This document shows, piece by piece, positions 6,836-15,407 of a stretch of DNA of 44,394 bases; the stretch's first letter is position 1; every line of letters starts with the position of its first letter. The stretch lies in the sequence record SRR22947727_1615. One strand, written 5' to 3'. The notes below the pieces were generated by a model. It saw nothing but the letters and a program-made list of their open reading frames with translations. It was not told the DNA's origin and searched no databases. Both the position numbers and the translations under genes were made by a program.

Positions 6836-8117
6836 CAACAATGTTTCCATTGATATTCATATAACGCTTTGTAGCAAAGGTACGCTTCTCATCATCACTT
6901 ACGTGTTTATAGACTTTCTCAATCTGCTGTATGGATGTTCCACAGTGATGTGCAATGCTATCAAAACTTGCTCCACTGAGTGACATATTCGTAATAAACA
7001 TATGACGAAGACTATAGATGACTAAGTCGCCTCTTCTGTCATACGCAATGTTTGTCATCTTCATAATGTTGTTGAAGTGATGGTTTAGTCTTCTGTTGCT
7101 GTACTCACTACCATCAACACTAAACACAAAGTCTTCTTCACTTGTTTTAACAGCACATTCCTTTTGAATATTCTGCCATCTCTCAATGTACTTGCCACAG
7201 TTAGCATATAAAGTGCGTGGTATTCTCACCTTACTCGTTTGTGCTTCAACTCTTATACGAGCAAGTGAGTAGGGCTTTTGCTTGCTATCGACGTGTCTTT
7301 CAACACTTACATTCTTCCACTTCAACTGACGAAGTTCGCCATTTCTAAATCCACTGTTTGCCATCACTAATAGGAAGTGTCGTGCTAACTGTTTCTCATA
7401 ATACTCTTCAACACTTGGATTGTTCTTCTTTGCACAATACGAACGCATAGCAACATAGAACGTCTGCCATTCCTCATTTGTGAATGTCTGTCGTCTTATC
7501 TCTTCGCCACTGTCATCATACTTTCTGCTTTGTATCTTAGGTACTTTGAATGCAGATATATCAGATAGTGCTTCTGTGTGTTCGTGTAAGAAAGTCATAC
7601 AAGCATTGATGCTTGCTATCTCATTTCTGATTGTACTGTCAGCAATGCTTTTGCGTTTTCGAAACAGTTCGTAGTCTATTGTTTCTCCCTCTCGTTCGTA
7701 CGAAAGGAGTGTGTTGATGCTTAAGTCTTTCACTTTCGCATCTTTATGTACGTACTCTAAGAAGTGCTTCATATGTGCTTTGATTGTTGTAAGTCTGCCT
7801 TCAACAATGCCATTTGCACCAACTATACCAACGTACTTTGCCTTGTCTTCAATATACATCTCTACTGCTTTTTTGATGCTTATTGAGTAGTACTTCTTAC
7901 CTCTACGCTTCATATACTTAATGTCTTCGTACAACGCTTCAGCATCAGCAATGGCTTTTGCTTTGTCTTTAGTACGTAGAGATTGGCGAATGTATTTGTC
8001 TTCGTCTGCTAACCACATACGAAACTGCCATACATCATAGTCATTTTGGTAAATGACTGCTTTGCTGTTGTAGATGCGTACTTCGTTCTTTGGCATATCA
8101 ATCACTATGAAACGCAA
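6810..8117 (-). CDS. Tyrosine integrase of the proximal element (start may be ATG 8096)
   Basis: WQFRMWL...QSLRT, SGFRNGELRQLKWKNV, TSKVR, YSLRH, CGTSIQQIEKVY; homologous to 519-1754; next to the guaA att. Confidence 0.93.
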   Translation of the reverse strand: MRFIVIDMPKNEVRIYNSKAVIYQNDYDVWQFRMWLADEDKYIRQSLRTKDKAKAIADAEALYEDIKYMKRRGKKYYSISIKKAVEMYIEDKAKYVGIVGANGIVEGRLTTIKAHMKHFLEYVHKDAKVKDLSINTLLSYEREGETIDYELFRKRKSIADSTIRNEIASINACMTFLHEHTEALSDISAFKVPKIQSRKYDDSGEEIRRQTFTNEEWQTFYVAMRSYCAKKNNPSVEEYYEKQLARHFLLVMANSGFRNGELRQLKWKNVSVERHVDSKQKPYSLARIRVEAQTSKVRIPRTLYANCGKYIERWQNIQKECAVKTSEEDFVFSVDGSEYSNRRLNHHFNNIMKMTNIAYDRRGDLVIYSLRHMFITNMSLSGASFDSIAHHCGTSIQQIEKVYKHVSDDEKRTFATKRYMNINGNIVAMSDAYGD

Positions 8118-8129
8118 TAGTGCGTAGAG

Positions 8130-8211
8130 TTTGTAAGTTTCTTTGTAAGTACAACAAAAAAACTCAACAAAGTCAAAGAGTGATTTATTACTTTGTAAGT
8201 ACTTTGTAAGT
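8130..8211. repeat. Arm-type sites of the proximal element (four TTTGTAAGT copies in two pairs)
   Basis: TTTGTAAGT at 8130, 8142, 8192, 8203. Confidence 0.85.
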
Positions 8212-8226
8212 GCGCTTTCACATATA

Positions 8227-8239
8227 AATCAATAGTTTA
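8227..8239 (+). promoter_or_regulatory. IHF-binding consensus in the att arm
   Basis: AATCAATAGTTTA matches WATCAANNNNTTR; a one-mismatch copy (1894-1906) lies the same 24 bp from the other core. Confidence 0.6.
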
Positions 8240-8250
8240 GCGCACTTTCC

Positions 8251-8265
8251 TTACTCCCACTCAAT
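8251..8265 (-). repeat. att core within the guaA 3' end
   Basis: ATTGAGTGGGAGTAA (IEWE-stop), repeated at 1918-1932. Confidence 0.92.
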
Positions 8266-9807
8266 CGTCCCTGGTGGCTTAGAGGTAATGTCATAGGTCA
8301 CCCGGTTGATGCCTTGCACTTCGTTGATGATACGCGTGGCTGTTTCGCCGAGGAATTCATGGGAAAACGGGTAGTAGTCCGCGGTCATACCGTCAACGGA
8401 TGTCACGGCCCGCAGGGCGCAGGCGAAATCATAGGTTCGGCTGTCGCCCATAACGCCCACGGTGCGCACCGGTAGGATCGCGACAAAGGCTTGCCAAATT
8501 TCGTCATACAGACCGTGCTTGCGGATTTGATCAATGTAGATGGCATCGGCACGCCGCAAAATCTCCAGCTTCTCGCGGGTAATTTCCCCTGGGCAGCGGA
8601 TGGCTAGGCCGGGGCCAGGGAAGGGGTGGCGGCCTATGAAAGAGGCAGGCAGGCCCAACTCGCGGCCCAAGGCGCGCACTTCATCTTTGAACAGCTCACG
8701 CAAAGGCTCCACCAAGCTCAAGCCCATTTTTTCCGGCAATCCACCGACATTGTGATGCGACTTGATGGTCACCGATGGTCCGCCCGAAAAGCTGACGCTT
8801 TCAATGACATCGGGGTACAAAGTGCCCTGAGCTAGGAATTTGGCACCCCCGACATCTGATGCATGTTTTTGAAACACATCGATAAACAACTTCCCGATGA
8901 TCTTCCGCTTGGTTTCCGGATCAGATTGACCATCCAATGCGCTGAGAAAAAGCTCCTTCTCATCGGCATGGATGAAGGGCATATTGTAGTGATCGCGGAA
9001 CATACCGATGACCTCTTCGGCCTCGCCTTGGCGCAACAAGCCGTGGTCGACAAAAACACATGTCAGCTGGTCACCAATCGCCTCATGGATCAGAACCGCA
9101 GCAACAGAGCTGTCAACGCCGCCCGAAAGGCCGCAGATCACCTTTTGATCTCCCACTTGATCGCGAATAGCCTGTAGGGCCTGCTCGCGGTAAGCCCCCA
9201 TGGTCCAATCGCCGGTAAATCCTGCACGGCGAATGAAATTCTCATAGAGTTTTGCCCCTTTGGGGGTGTGATGCACCTCTGGATGAAACTGCACGGCGTA
9301 AAATTCGCGGGCCGGGTCAGCCGTCACTGCAAAAGGTGCATTGGGAGAGGTGCCATAGACCTCGAACCCCGGCGCAATGGCGCTGACATGATCGCCATGG
9401 CTCATCCAGACCTGCTCGTCGCCCTCTTCAAACCAGCTTTCCAGAAGGCTTAGGGGGGCCTTTGGGCTCACATAGGCGCGGCCAAATTCCGCTGTTCCAT
9501 GCCCGCGTTCCACTTTACCGCCCAGACAGTGCATCATCACCTGTTGGCCATAACAAATTCCTAAAACCGGAATATTCATCTCAAACACAGCCATTGGAGG
9601 GCGTGGGGAGCCTTCATCAATCACGGAGGCAGGCCCGCCCGAAAGGATCACAGCTTTGGGCGCAAACTGCTGCAAAAACTCCTGCGTTACATTCTGAAAC
9701 GGGTGTATTTCGCAATATACATTAAGCTCGCGCAAACGCCGCGCGATAAGTTGCGTAACTTGACTGCCAAAGTCGATGATGAGTAATTTTTGATGCATAT
9801 GTTCCAT
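8251..9807 (-). CDS. guaA: GMP synthase (glutamine-hydrolysing)
   Basis: [41 protein letters not shown]. Confidence 0.99.
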   Translation of the reverse strand: MEHMHQKLLIIDFGSQVTQLIARRLRELNVYCEIHPFQNVTQEFLQQFAPKAVILSGGPASVIDEGSPRPPMAVFEMNIPVLGICYGQQVMMHCLGGKVERGHGTAEFGRAYVSPKAPLSLLESWFEEGDEQVWMSHGDHVSAIAPGFEVYGTSPNAPFAVTADPAREFYAVQFHPEVHHTPKGAKLYENFIRRAGFTGDWTMGAYREQALQAIRDQVGDQKVICGLSGGVDSSVAAVLIHEAIGDQLTCVFVDHGLLRQGEAEEVIGMFRDHYNMPFIHADEKELFLSALDGQSDPETKRKIIGKLFIDVFQKHASDVGGAKFLAQGTLYPDVIESVSFSGGPSVTIKSHHNVGGLPEKMGLSLVEPLRELFKDEVRALGRELGLPASFIGRHPFPGPGLAIRCPGEITREKLEILRRADAIYIDQIRKHGLYDEIWQAFVAILPVRTVGVMGDSRTYDFACALRAVTSVDGMTADYYPFSHEFLGETATRIINEVQGINRVTYDITSKPPGTIEWE

Positions 9808-9961
9808 AGCCCCCGATATTCTGACCTTTAAAAAGGTTCAACCCAAGGAGAGAGAAGATTTTACAACTTATGTCGTTTTCCCGTCCGAAGTGGCGGAAAT
9901 TAACGTCGCTTGGTTGAAGAAATGCCTAGAAGCAACGTAACAATCAGTTAGGGGTTTCAAA

Positions 9962-11503
9962 ATGTCCGAGACACGAGCGCGCAGATCACGCAGCGGCGGT
10001 GGCGCCGCCCGCCGAGCCGAACGCACAGCGGTGAGCGTCGAAACAGAACGCTATATTGAGCGCAATATCCCGCTGTATGAGTTCTTGGACGAAGCAACAC
10101 TTGAAATCATCGAGTATAATGCGGAAACCGTGCTTGAAGAAATCGGGGTGAACTTTGTGGACAGCCCGGAAGCCCTAGAGCGTTGGCGCTCAGTTGGGGC
10201 GACCATTGAGGGCGAGCGTGTTCGGATCCCGCGCGGTCTTGCGCGCGAGCTGTGCAAAACGGCGCCGTCGAAATTTGTGCAACATGCGCGCAACCCTGAG
10301 CGGAACGTGGAAATTGGCGGCAAAACTTTGGTGACGGCGCCCGTCTATGGCCCGCCCTTCGTGCGCGACCGCGATGGTGGCCGCCGGTATGCAACTTTGG
10401 CTGATTTTCAAAAGTTTGTGAAATTGGGCTATATGTCAAAATATCTGCACCATTCCGGCGGGACCGTTTGCGAACCCACCGATGTGCCGGTTAACAAGCG
10501 CCATCTGGATATGCTTTTGACGCATATGGTGTATAGCGATAAGCCGTTCATGGGGTCTGTGACCGAGCCAAGCCGCGCACAGGACTCCGTCGAGATGTGC
10601 GAAATTTTGTTTGGCAAAGAGTTTGTACAAAACAACACCGTGATGACATCGTTGATCAATATTAACAGCCCGCTCACCTTTGACAGCATTATGATGGGCG
10701 CCTTGGAGGTTTTTGCCTCCAACAATCAGGCCAGCATTATCTCGCCCTTCATCGTAGGTGGGGCGATGGCGCCGGTGTCGGTCGTGGGCACATTGACCCA
10801 GGTTCTGGCTGAAGTTTTGGCGGGTATCGCCTATAGTCAAATCATCAAGCCCGGGGCTCCCGTGATCTTTGGCACATTTGTCACCTCCATCGACATGAAC
10901 TCCGGCGCACCTACCTTCGGCACGCCAGAGGCCAGCCAAATTCTTTACGGAGCCGGGCAGTTGGCCCGCCGGATGAACTTGCCGTTTCGCTCAGGCGGCG
11001 GGCTTTGCGGCTCGAAATTACCCGACGCGCAGGCGGCTTATGAGACCGCCAATACGCTCAACGCCGCGCTTTTGGGCGGGGTCAACTTTATGCTTCACTC
11101 CTGCGGTTGGCTGGAAGGTGGGCTTGTGGCGTCCTTTGAGAAATTCGTTATGGATGCCGACCACCTCGGCACTCTGCAGAAAATGGGACTTGGGGTCTCA
11201 GCTGATGAAAACGGCCAAGCCATGGATGCCATCCGCGAGGTTGGGCCAAGCGGCCATTACCTCGGATGTGACCACACGCAAAAGAACTTCAAATCTGCGT
11301 TTTGGCGGTCGAATTTGTTTGACTACAAGCCCTTTGAGACCTGGTACGAAGAGGGCGCGCGCGACACCTATAGTTTGGCCGCAGAGCGCGTGGCCTCTCA
11401 ATTGGCCAACTATCAGCAACCGCCGCTCGATCCTGAAATTTTGGCGGCGCTTGAGAAATATGTGGCCGACAAAAAAGCGGCGATGCCCGACGCTTTTGTC
11501 TAG
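9962..11503 (+). CDS. Trimethylamine methyltransferase (MttB) family protein, non-pyrrolysine
   Basis: 513 aa; RRARRSGGG N-terminus, SDKPFMG, NINSPL, GAPTFGTPE, GWLEGGL; no internal amber codon. Confidence 0.92.
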   Translation: MSETRARRSRSGGGAARRAERTAVSVETERYIERNIPLYEFLDEATLEIIEYNAETVLEEIGVNFVDSPEALERWRSVGATIEGERVRIPRGLARELCKTAPSKFVQHARNPERNVEIGGKTLVTAPVYGPPFVRDRDGGRRYATLADFQKFVKLGYMSKYLHHSGGTVCEPTDVPVNKRHLDMLLTHMVYSDKPFMGSVTEPSRAQDSVEMCEILFGKEFVQNNTVMTSLININSPLTFDSIMMGALEVFASNNQASIISPFIVGGAMAPVSVVGTLTQVLAEVLAGIAYSQIIKPGAPVIFGTFVTSIDMNSGAPTFGTPEASQILYGAGQLARRMNLPFRSGGGLCGSKLPDAQAAYETANTLNAALLGGVNFMLHSCGWLEGGLVASFEKFVMDADHLGTLQKMGLGVSADENGQAMDAIREVGPSGHYLGCDHTQKNFKSAFWRSNLFDYKPFETWYEEGARDTYSLAAERVASQLANYQQPPLDPEILAALEKYVADKKAAMPDAFV

Positions 11504-11521
11504 GGCATTGGCCTTTGGTCC

Positions 11522-11803
11522 TTAGGTCTTTTTAAGACTGCCGTATTCTGCCAATATGGCAATAAGATATCGGATGTGGCGCGCTGGGGAATACTCAGCG
11601 CGCTTTTCTTTGCGCAATCGGTTGTAGGTCTCTTCAATGTCCAACAAACAATCGAGTTGGCCGGTTTTGCTGCGATGAAGCGACCCTCCTAAGAGCACCG
11701 GAAGATGGCGGCTGGGATCATAACTGGCCAGCCCATTGCGTGCCGCCTCTAACATGAGCTTGGGGCGTTTCAGAGTGTTCAATCTAAGTTCAATGTGCCG
11801 CAT
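11522..11803 (-). CDS. DUF6477-like protein, homolog of R. capsulatus rcc01866 (GTA-associated)
   Basis: L..LKRPKLML.AAR.G...Y...RHL and YSPARHI..LIAILAE; divergent from the gafA-like gene. Confidence 0.75.
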   Translation of the reverse strand: MRHIELRLNTLKRPKLMLEAARNGLASYDPSRHLPVLLGGSLHRSKTGQLDCLLDIEETYNRLRKEKRAEYSPARHIRYLIAILAEYGSLKKT

Positions 11804-11937
11804 GACGCACCTCCATTTTGAGAATCAACCCTTAGGCTGGCACAGGTGCCTAGGGTGTTGCGTCTCGCGGCGTTTGGCGTTCGGTCAATTCATAGATCGG
11901 CTAATTTTATCCATCATTCTTGGAGGCTTAGAGCGAA

Positions 11938-11952
11938 TTAACCAAGGCGTAA
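11938..11952. promoter_or_regulatory. CtrA-box-like site upstream of gafA
   Basis: TTAA-CCAAGGC-GTAA, one mismatch to TTAA-N7-TTAA. Confidence 0.45.
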
Positions 11953-12044
11953 TAATTATTACCATAATACTAATGCAACCTGTGAAAAGATTGGTGTCTG
12001 GAGTGCGTATCTCACAATTTGACTTTTCGAACGGTCGAGGCGGC

Positions 12045-13079
12045 GTGCCACATTCGAAAATGTCTGTCTGGATACCTCATGCGGTCAAGCTATATCTGGC
12101 CCATACAGAGCATGGACATTCTATTCGCAGTTTGGCCCGGTATTCTGGTGTTCACCCGTCAACGGTGTCGCGCTCTGTCCGCAAGATTGAGACATTGCGT
12201 GACGATCCTCTTATCGATCGCGCGGTCCAAGAATTGAGCAAATACTGCTTGGAATCAGCGCCTCGGCGCTTGGAGGATAAACCCATGAGCTTTCACAACC
12301 CCGATCCAAATCCCCCGTGCTACCCAGCTTCGCTGGATGCGCCGAGCATCACCGCCTTGCGGTATTTGGCACGAAAAAATACCGTCTTGGCTTTGGCGCA
12401 GGGGCTTGAATTGGCGGTTATTGTTCGTGAGGCGGTTCAAGGACAGGTTGAGAAATTGGACACGCTTGATCGGGCGCAGGTCATGGCCATGACCATGCAA
12501 GATTGGCTCAAATGTGACGATCCGCAAGCGCGGATCATGCGCTTTCACCTTACAGATGTCGGTTTAAAACTGCTGGCAAGACTGGAGGAGGCCGACACGA
12601 ATGACACAGACGGCCGAGAGGGCGGGCCCTCCGATCCCGTCAGCCGTGGGCGATTGCGCTACGGCCAGGCGATCAGCCCGGTGCACTCTTTGGCGCGCCG
12701 TCGCAACAAAGATGGCGAGCCATATATTTCACGCAGCCTTGTGAAACAGGCCGAGCGGTTACGGGAGGATTATGAATTGGCGCTGCTCGAAAGCAACGCG
12801 CCCATCGATTGGCTCGGGGCCATTCGCTCCGGTTTGAGCCGGAAGTCTCAGGCGCCCGCGGCCTCAGCGCTTTATCGCGCGCGCTCCGCTTTGGCAGATT
12901 TGGGACCAGGTCTTGGCGATGTGGCGCTGCGCTGTTGTTGCCGGCTCGAGGGGCTTGAGGCCGTGGAGCAGACCATGGGTTGGTCAGCGCGCTCTGGCAA
13001 AATCGTGTTGCGCATTGCTCTGCAAAGGCTGGCGCGCCATTACGAAGACACGCAGGCGGCTGAAGCCTTGGTCGGTTAA
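12045..13079 (+). CDS. gafA: GafA-like GTA activator (N-terminal HTH, C-terminal DUF6456); start uncertain (12003-12060)
   Basis: YLAHTE.G.SIR.LAR..GVHPSTVSR.VRKIE..RDDPL; LGPGLGDVALRCCC.LEGLE..E..MGWSARSGKIVLRIALQRL; located between guaA and lipA as described for gafA. Confidence 0.8.
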   Translation: MPHSKMSVWIPHAVKLYLAHTEHGHSIRSLARYSGVHPSTVSRSVRKIETLRDDPLIDRAVQELSKYCLESAPRRLEDKPMSFHNPDPNPPCYPASLDAPSITALRYLARKNTVLALAQGLELAVIVREAVQGQVEKLDTLDRAQVMAMTMQDWLKCDDPQARIMRFHLTDVGLKLLARLEEADTNDTDGREGGPSDPVSRGRLRYGQAISPVHSLARRRNKDGEPYISRSLVKQAERLREDYELALLESNAPIDWLGAIRSGLSRKSQAPAASALYRARSALADLGPGLGDVALRCCCRLEGLEAVEQTMGWSARSGKIVLRIALQRLARHYEDTQAAEALVG

Positions 13080-13166
13080 CGCCTCAGTGCATAACGGATA
13101 TTCCCAACCTTGGGGGTGGCTGTTTACGCGGGTTGTGTTAGTTTAAAGCAACTGAGGACGACTGAC

Positions 13167-14114
13167 ATGCGTGATTTAAAAATTCCCGAGCAACGCCATC
13201 CTGAAAAAGCCAAACGGCCGGACAATCCGCAGCCGAAAAAGCCGGCTTGGATTCGTGTGAAAGCCCCCGTGGGGCAAGGCTATCAAGAGACACGCAAAAT
13301 CATGCGTGACAATAAGCTTGTGACTGTCTGTGAAGAGGCCGGCTGCCCCAATGTGGGGGAATGCTGGAATCAAGGCCATGCCACAATGATGATCATGGGG
13401 GAGGTCTGCACAAGGGCCTGTACCTTTTGCAATATTGCCACCGGAAAACCGCCAGAAGATTTAGATGTGTTCGAGCCGGGCCGGGTGGCCGATGCCGTAA
13501 AAAAATTAGGGCTCAACCACGTTGTGGTCACCTCAGTGGATCGCGACGATATCGAAGATGGCGGTGCGGCGCATTTCGCCCAAACCATTCGCGCAATTCG
13601 CAAGCAATCGCCCAGCACAACGATTGAGATTCTGACACCTGATTTTATTCGTTGCGCCCCTGAAGCCCTGGAAGAGGTTGTGGCAGCGAAACCCGATGTG
13701 TTTAACCACAATCTAGAAACCGTCCCGGGTCTCTATCCTGAAGTGCGCCCCGGCGCGCGGTATTTTCACTCACTGCGTTTGCTGCAAAGGGTCAAGGAGC
13801 TCGATCCCATGATGTTTACCAAATCGGGCATCATGGTTGGTTTGGGCGAGGATCGCCAAGCGGTGCATCAGGTCATGGATGATATGCGCGCGGCCAATGT
13901 AGATTTTATCACCATCGGCCAATATCTCCAACCGACGCTCAAACATCACCGGGTTGACCGATTTGTCACGCCAGAGGAATTTGCCAGCTATGAGAAAGCG
14001 GCCAAAGGGAAGGGTTTCTTGATGGTCTCAGCCACCCCCTTAACCCGCAGTTCCTATCACGCGGGTGACGATTTTGCGAAAATGCAAAAGGCACGGCAGG
14101 CGGCGCAGGGTTAG
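13167..14114 (+). CDS. lipA: Lipoyl synthase
   Basis: [12 protein letters not shown] and CTRACTFC motifs, RSSYHA; GAGG RBS before ATG 13167. Confidence 0.98.
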   Translation: MRDLKIPEQRHPEKAKRPDNPQPKKPAWIRVKAPVGQGYQETRKIMRDNKLVTVCEEAGCPNVGECWNQGHATMMIMGEVCTRACTFCNIATGKPPEDLDVFEPGRVADAVKKLGLNHVVVTSVDRDDIEDGGAAHFAQTIRAIRKQSPSTTIEILTPDFIRCAPEALEEVVAAKPDVFNHNLETVPGLYPEVRPGARYFHSLRLLQRVKELDPMMFTKSGIMVGLGEDRQAVHQVMDDMRAANVDFITIGQYLQPTLKHHRVDRFVTPEEFASYEKAAKGKGFLMVSATPLTRSSYHAGDDFAKMQKARQAAQG

Positions 14115-14128
14115 GGCCAAAGGCTGCG

Positions 14129-14307
14129 TTAAAACCCTATGCCGCCGCGATGCGAATTCACCGTCAACCAATCTGGCCAGCCGATCAATCGTTCGATGCC
14201 AAAGAGGACCAAAGCGATCCCCACATCGCAATCCACAAGAGGATGGTTTTTCCCGAGGGTGGATGGCGCGCAATCCGCGCCATTTTTAGAAAAAATCTTG
14301 GATTCAT
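14129..14307 (-). pseudogene. Frameshifted small membrane protein gene (about 59 aa if repaired)
   Basis: ATGA-coupled to hpt; [27 protein letters not shown] continues in another frame as VGIALVLFGIERLIGWPDWLTVN; 179 nt, one base short of a full frame. Confidence 0.7.
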
Positions 14308-14840
14308 GTAAAACGAACTTTTCCAATAAAGGGCAGGTTGCGGTTGCGTTGGGCGAAATCAATACCATAGCCTACCACAAACTCATCCGGAATTTCAAAG
14401 CCTAAGAAGTCCGTCTTGATGTCAACCTCGCGTCGTGAGGGCTTGTCCAGCAGGGCGATGGTGCGCATGCGTTTGGGTTGACGGCGCAAAATATGCTCGG
14501 TCACATTTTTCATCGTGTGGCCGGTGTCGACGATGTCCTCGACAATAAGGACGTCACGATTCTCGATGGTGCCGCGCAGATCCTTCAGTATACGCACTTC
14601 GCGCGAGCTTTCCATGGCGTCGCCATAGCTGCTGACCTCCAGGAAATCGACCTCAATCGGCAAATTAATCTCGCGCACCAAATCAGCAATGAAAACAAAT
14701 GAGCCGCGCAAAAGTCCGACCACCACGAGTTTATCAGTATCTGCAAATTCTTGCTCAATTTCTGCGGCCAATTGCTCTATTCTGGCCGCGATAGACTTGG
14801 CAGAAATCATATTGTCGATGACATAAGGTTTTTGCGACAT
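14304..14840 (-). CDS. hpt: Hypoxanthine phosphoribosyltransferase
   Basis: [42 protein letters not shown] before ATG 14840. Confidence 0.97.
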   Translation of the reverse strand: MSQKPYVIDNMISAKSIAARIEQLAAEIEQEFADTDKLVVVGLLRGSFVFIADLVREINLPIEVDFLEVSSYGDAMESSREVRILKDLRGTIENRDVLIVEDIVDTGHTMKNVTEHILRRQPKRMRTIALLDKPSRREVDIKTDFLGFEIPDEFVVGYGIDFAQRNRNLPFIGKVRFT

Positions 14841-14905
14841 AGTACCCTCTTGAATTTTCCCCAGCTTTCTACGACATCTTGCGCTCAAAGTCAGCGGGAA
14901 ACACA

Positions 14906-15361
14906 ATGCCTACGCATAATGAAACAAAAATTTTGCCATATTCTGCGCAGGGCATGTATGATTTGGTCGCAGATGTGGCCTCATACCCGGAATTTTTGCC
15001 TTGGTGTGCCGCCGCGCGCGTGAAATCGGTGACCGATGAGGGATCGCGGCAAATCATGGCGGCGGATCTTGTGATCTCTTTTAAAGTGTTTCGCGAACGC
15101 TTTGGCAGTCAGGTGATCTTGCATCCCAAGGATAAGTTCATCGACACGCAATATCTCGATGGACCATTCAAATATATGAAATCGACCTGGAAGTTTGAGG
15201 ACACAGCCGAAGGCTGCGCTGTTACATTCTTTGTTGATTTCGAGTTCAAGAACGCCATTTTACAAGGTGTAATTGGTCTGGTCTTTAATGAGGCCATGCT
15301 GCGGATCGTGCGAGCGTTTGAGACCCGAGCGGATGCGCTCTATGGGCAAGCCCGGCCATAA
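14906..15361 (+). CDS. RatA/Coq10 START-domain protein
   Basis: [37 protein letters not shown]. Confidence 0.93.
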   Translation: MPTHNETKILPYSAQGMYDLVADVASYPEFLPWCAAARVKSVTDEGSRQIMAADLVISFKVFRERFGSQVILHPKDKFIDTQYLDGPFKYMKSTWKFEDTAEGCAVTFFVDFEFKNAILQGVIGLVFNEAMLRIVRAFETRADALYGQARP

Positions 15362-15388
15362 AAAAGGCTCCCAAATGGCAGCCTTTTT
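15361..15388. terminator. Bidirectional intrinsic terminator
   Basis: AAAAAGGCT...AGCCTTTTT between convergent genes. Confidence 0.75.
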
Positions 15389-15407
15389 CGCGTATTTACC
15401 TTAGGTT

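Larger units (their letters stand above)
1919..8265. mobile_element. Complete 6333-bp integrative element inserted at the guaA 3' end
   Basis: 14-bp direct repeat at both ends, identical 23-bp tandem arm repeats inside both ends, integrase next to guaA, sharp drop in GC versus guaA. Confidence 0.92.

Noticed and set aside
1654-8030. Exact 20-bp match between the integrases (1654-1673, 8011-8030) and 17-bp match between the small recombinases (366-382, 6525-6541)
   Set aside because: Both encode conserved motifs (WQFRMWL, HSGRRT) with few codon options; explained by paralogy
1-8117. Four tyrosine recombinases as a RIT element, integron or shufflon
   Set aside because: They form two convergent pairs separated by an att core rather than three co-oriented overlapping genes; no IntI-type organisation, attC array or multiple inverted sfx-like sites were seen
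1976-8211. TTTGTAAGT repeats as a CRISPR array or iterons
   Set aside because: Only short pairs near the two element ends, with no spacers and no cas genes; the positions fit integrase arm sites
1919-8265. Prophage or ICE
   Set aside because: No structural, terminase, lysis, T4SS or coupling-protein genes in a fully bounded 6.3 kb
9962-11503. Pyrrolysine recoding in mttB
   Set aside because: ORF is uninterrupted with no in-frame amber; non-Pyl MttB homologs are common in roseobacters
11736-12044. Long N-terminal extensions in the ORF track (gafA, lipA, hpt, pgpA, ntrC, aquaporin)
   Set aside because: They overlap neighbouring genes or promoters; downstream starts fit RBS positions and family N-termini better
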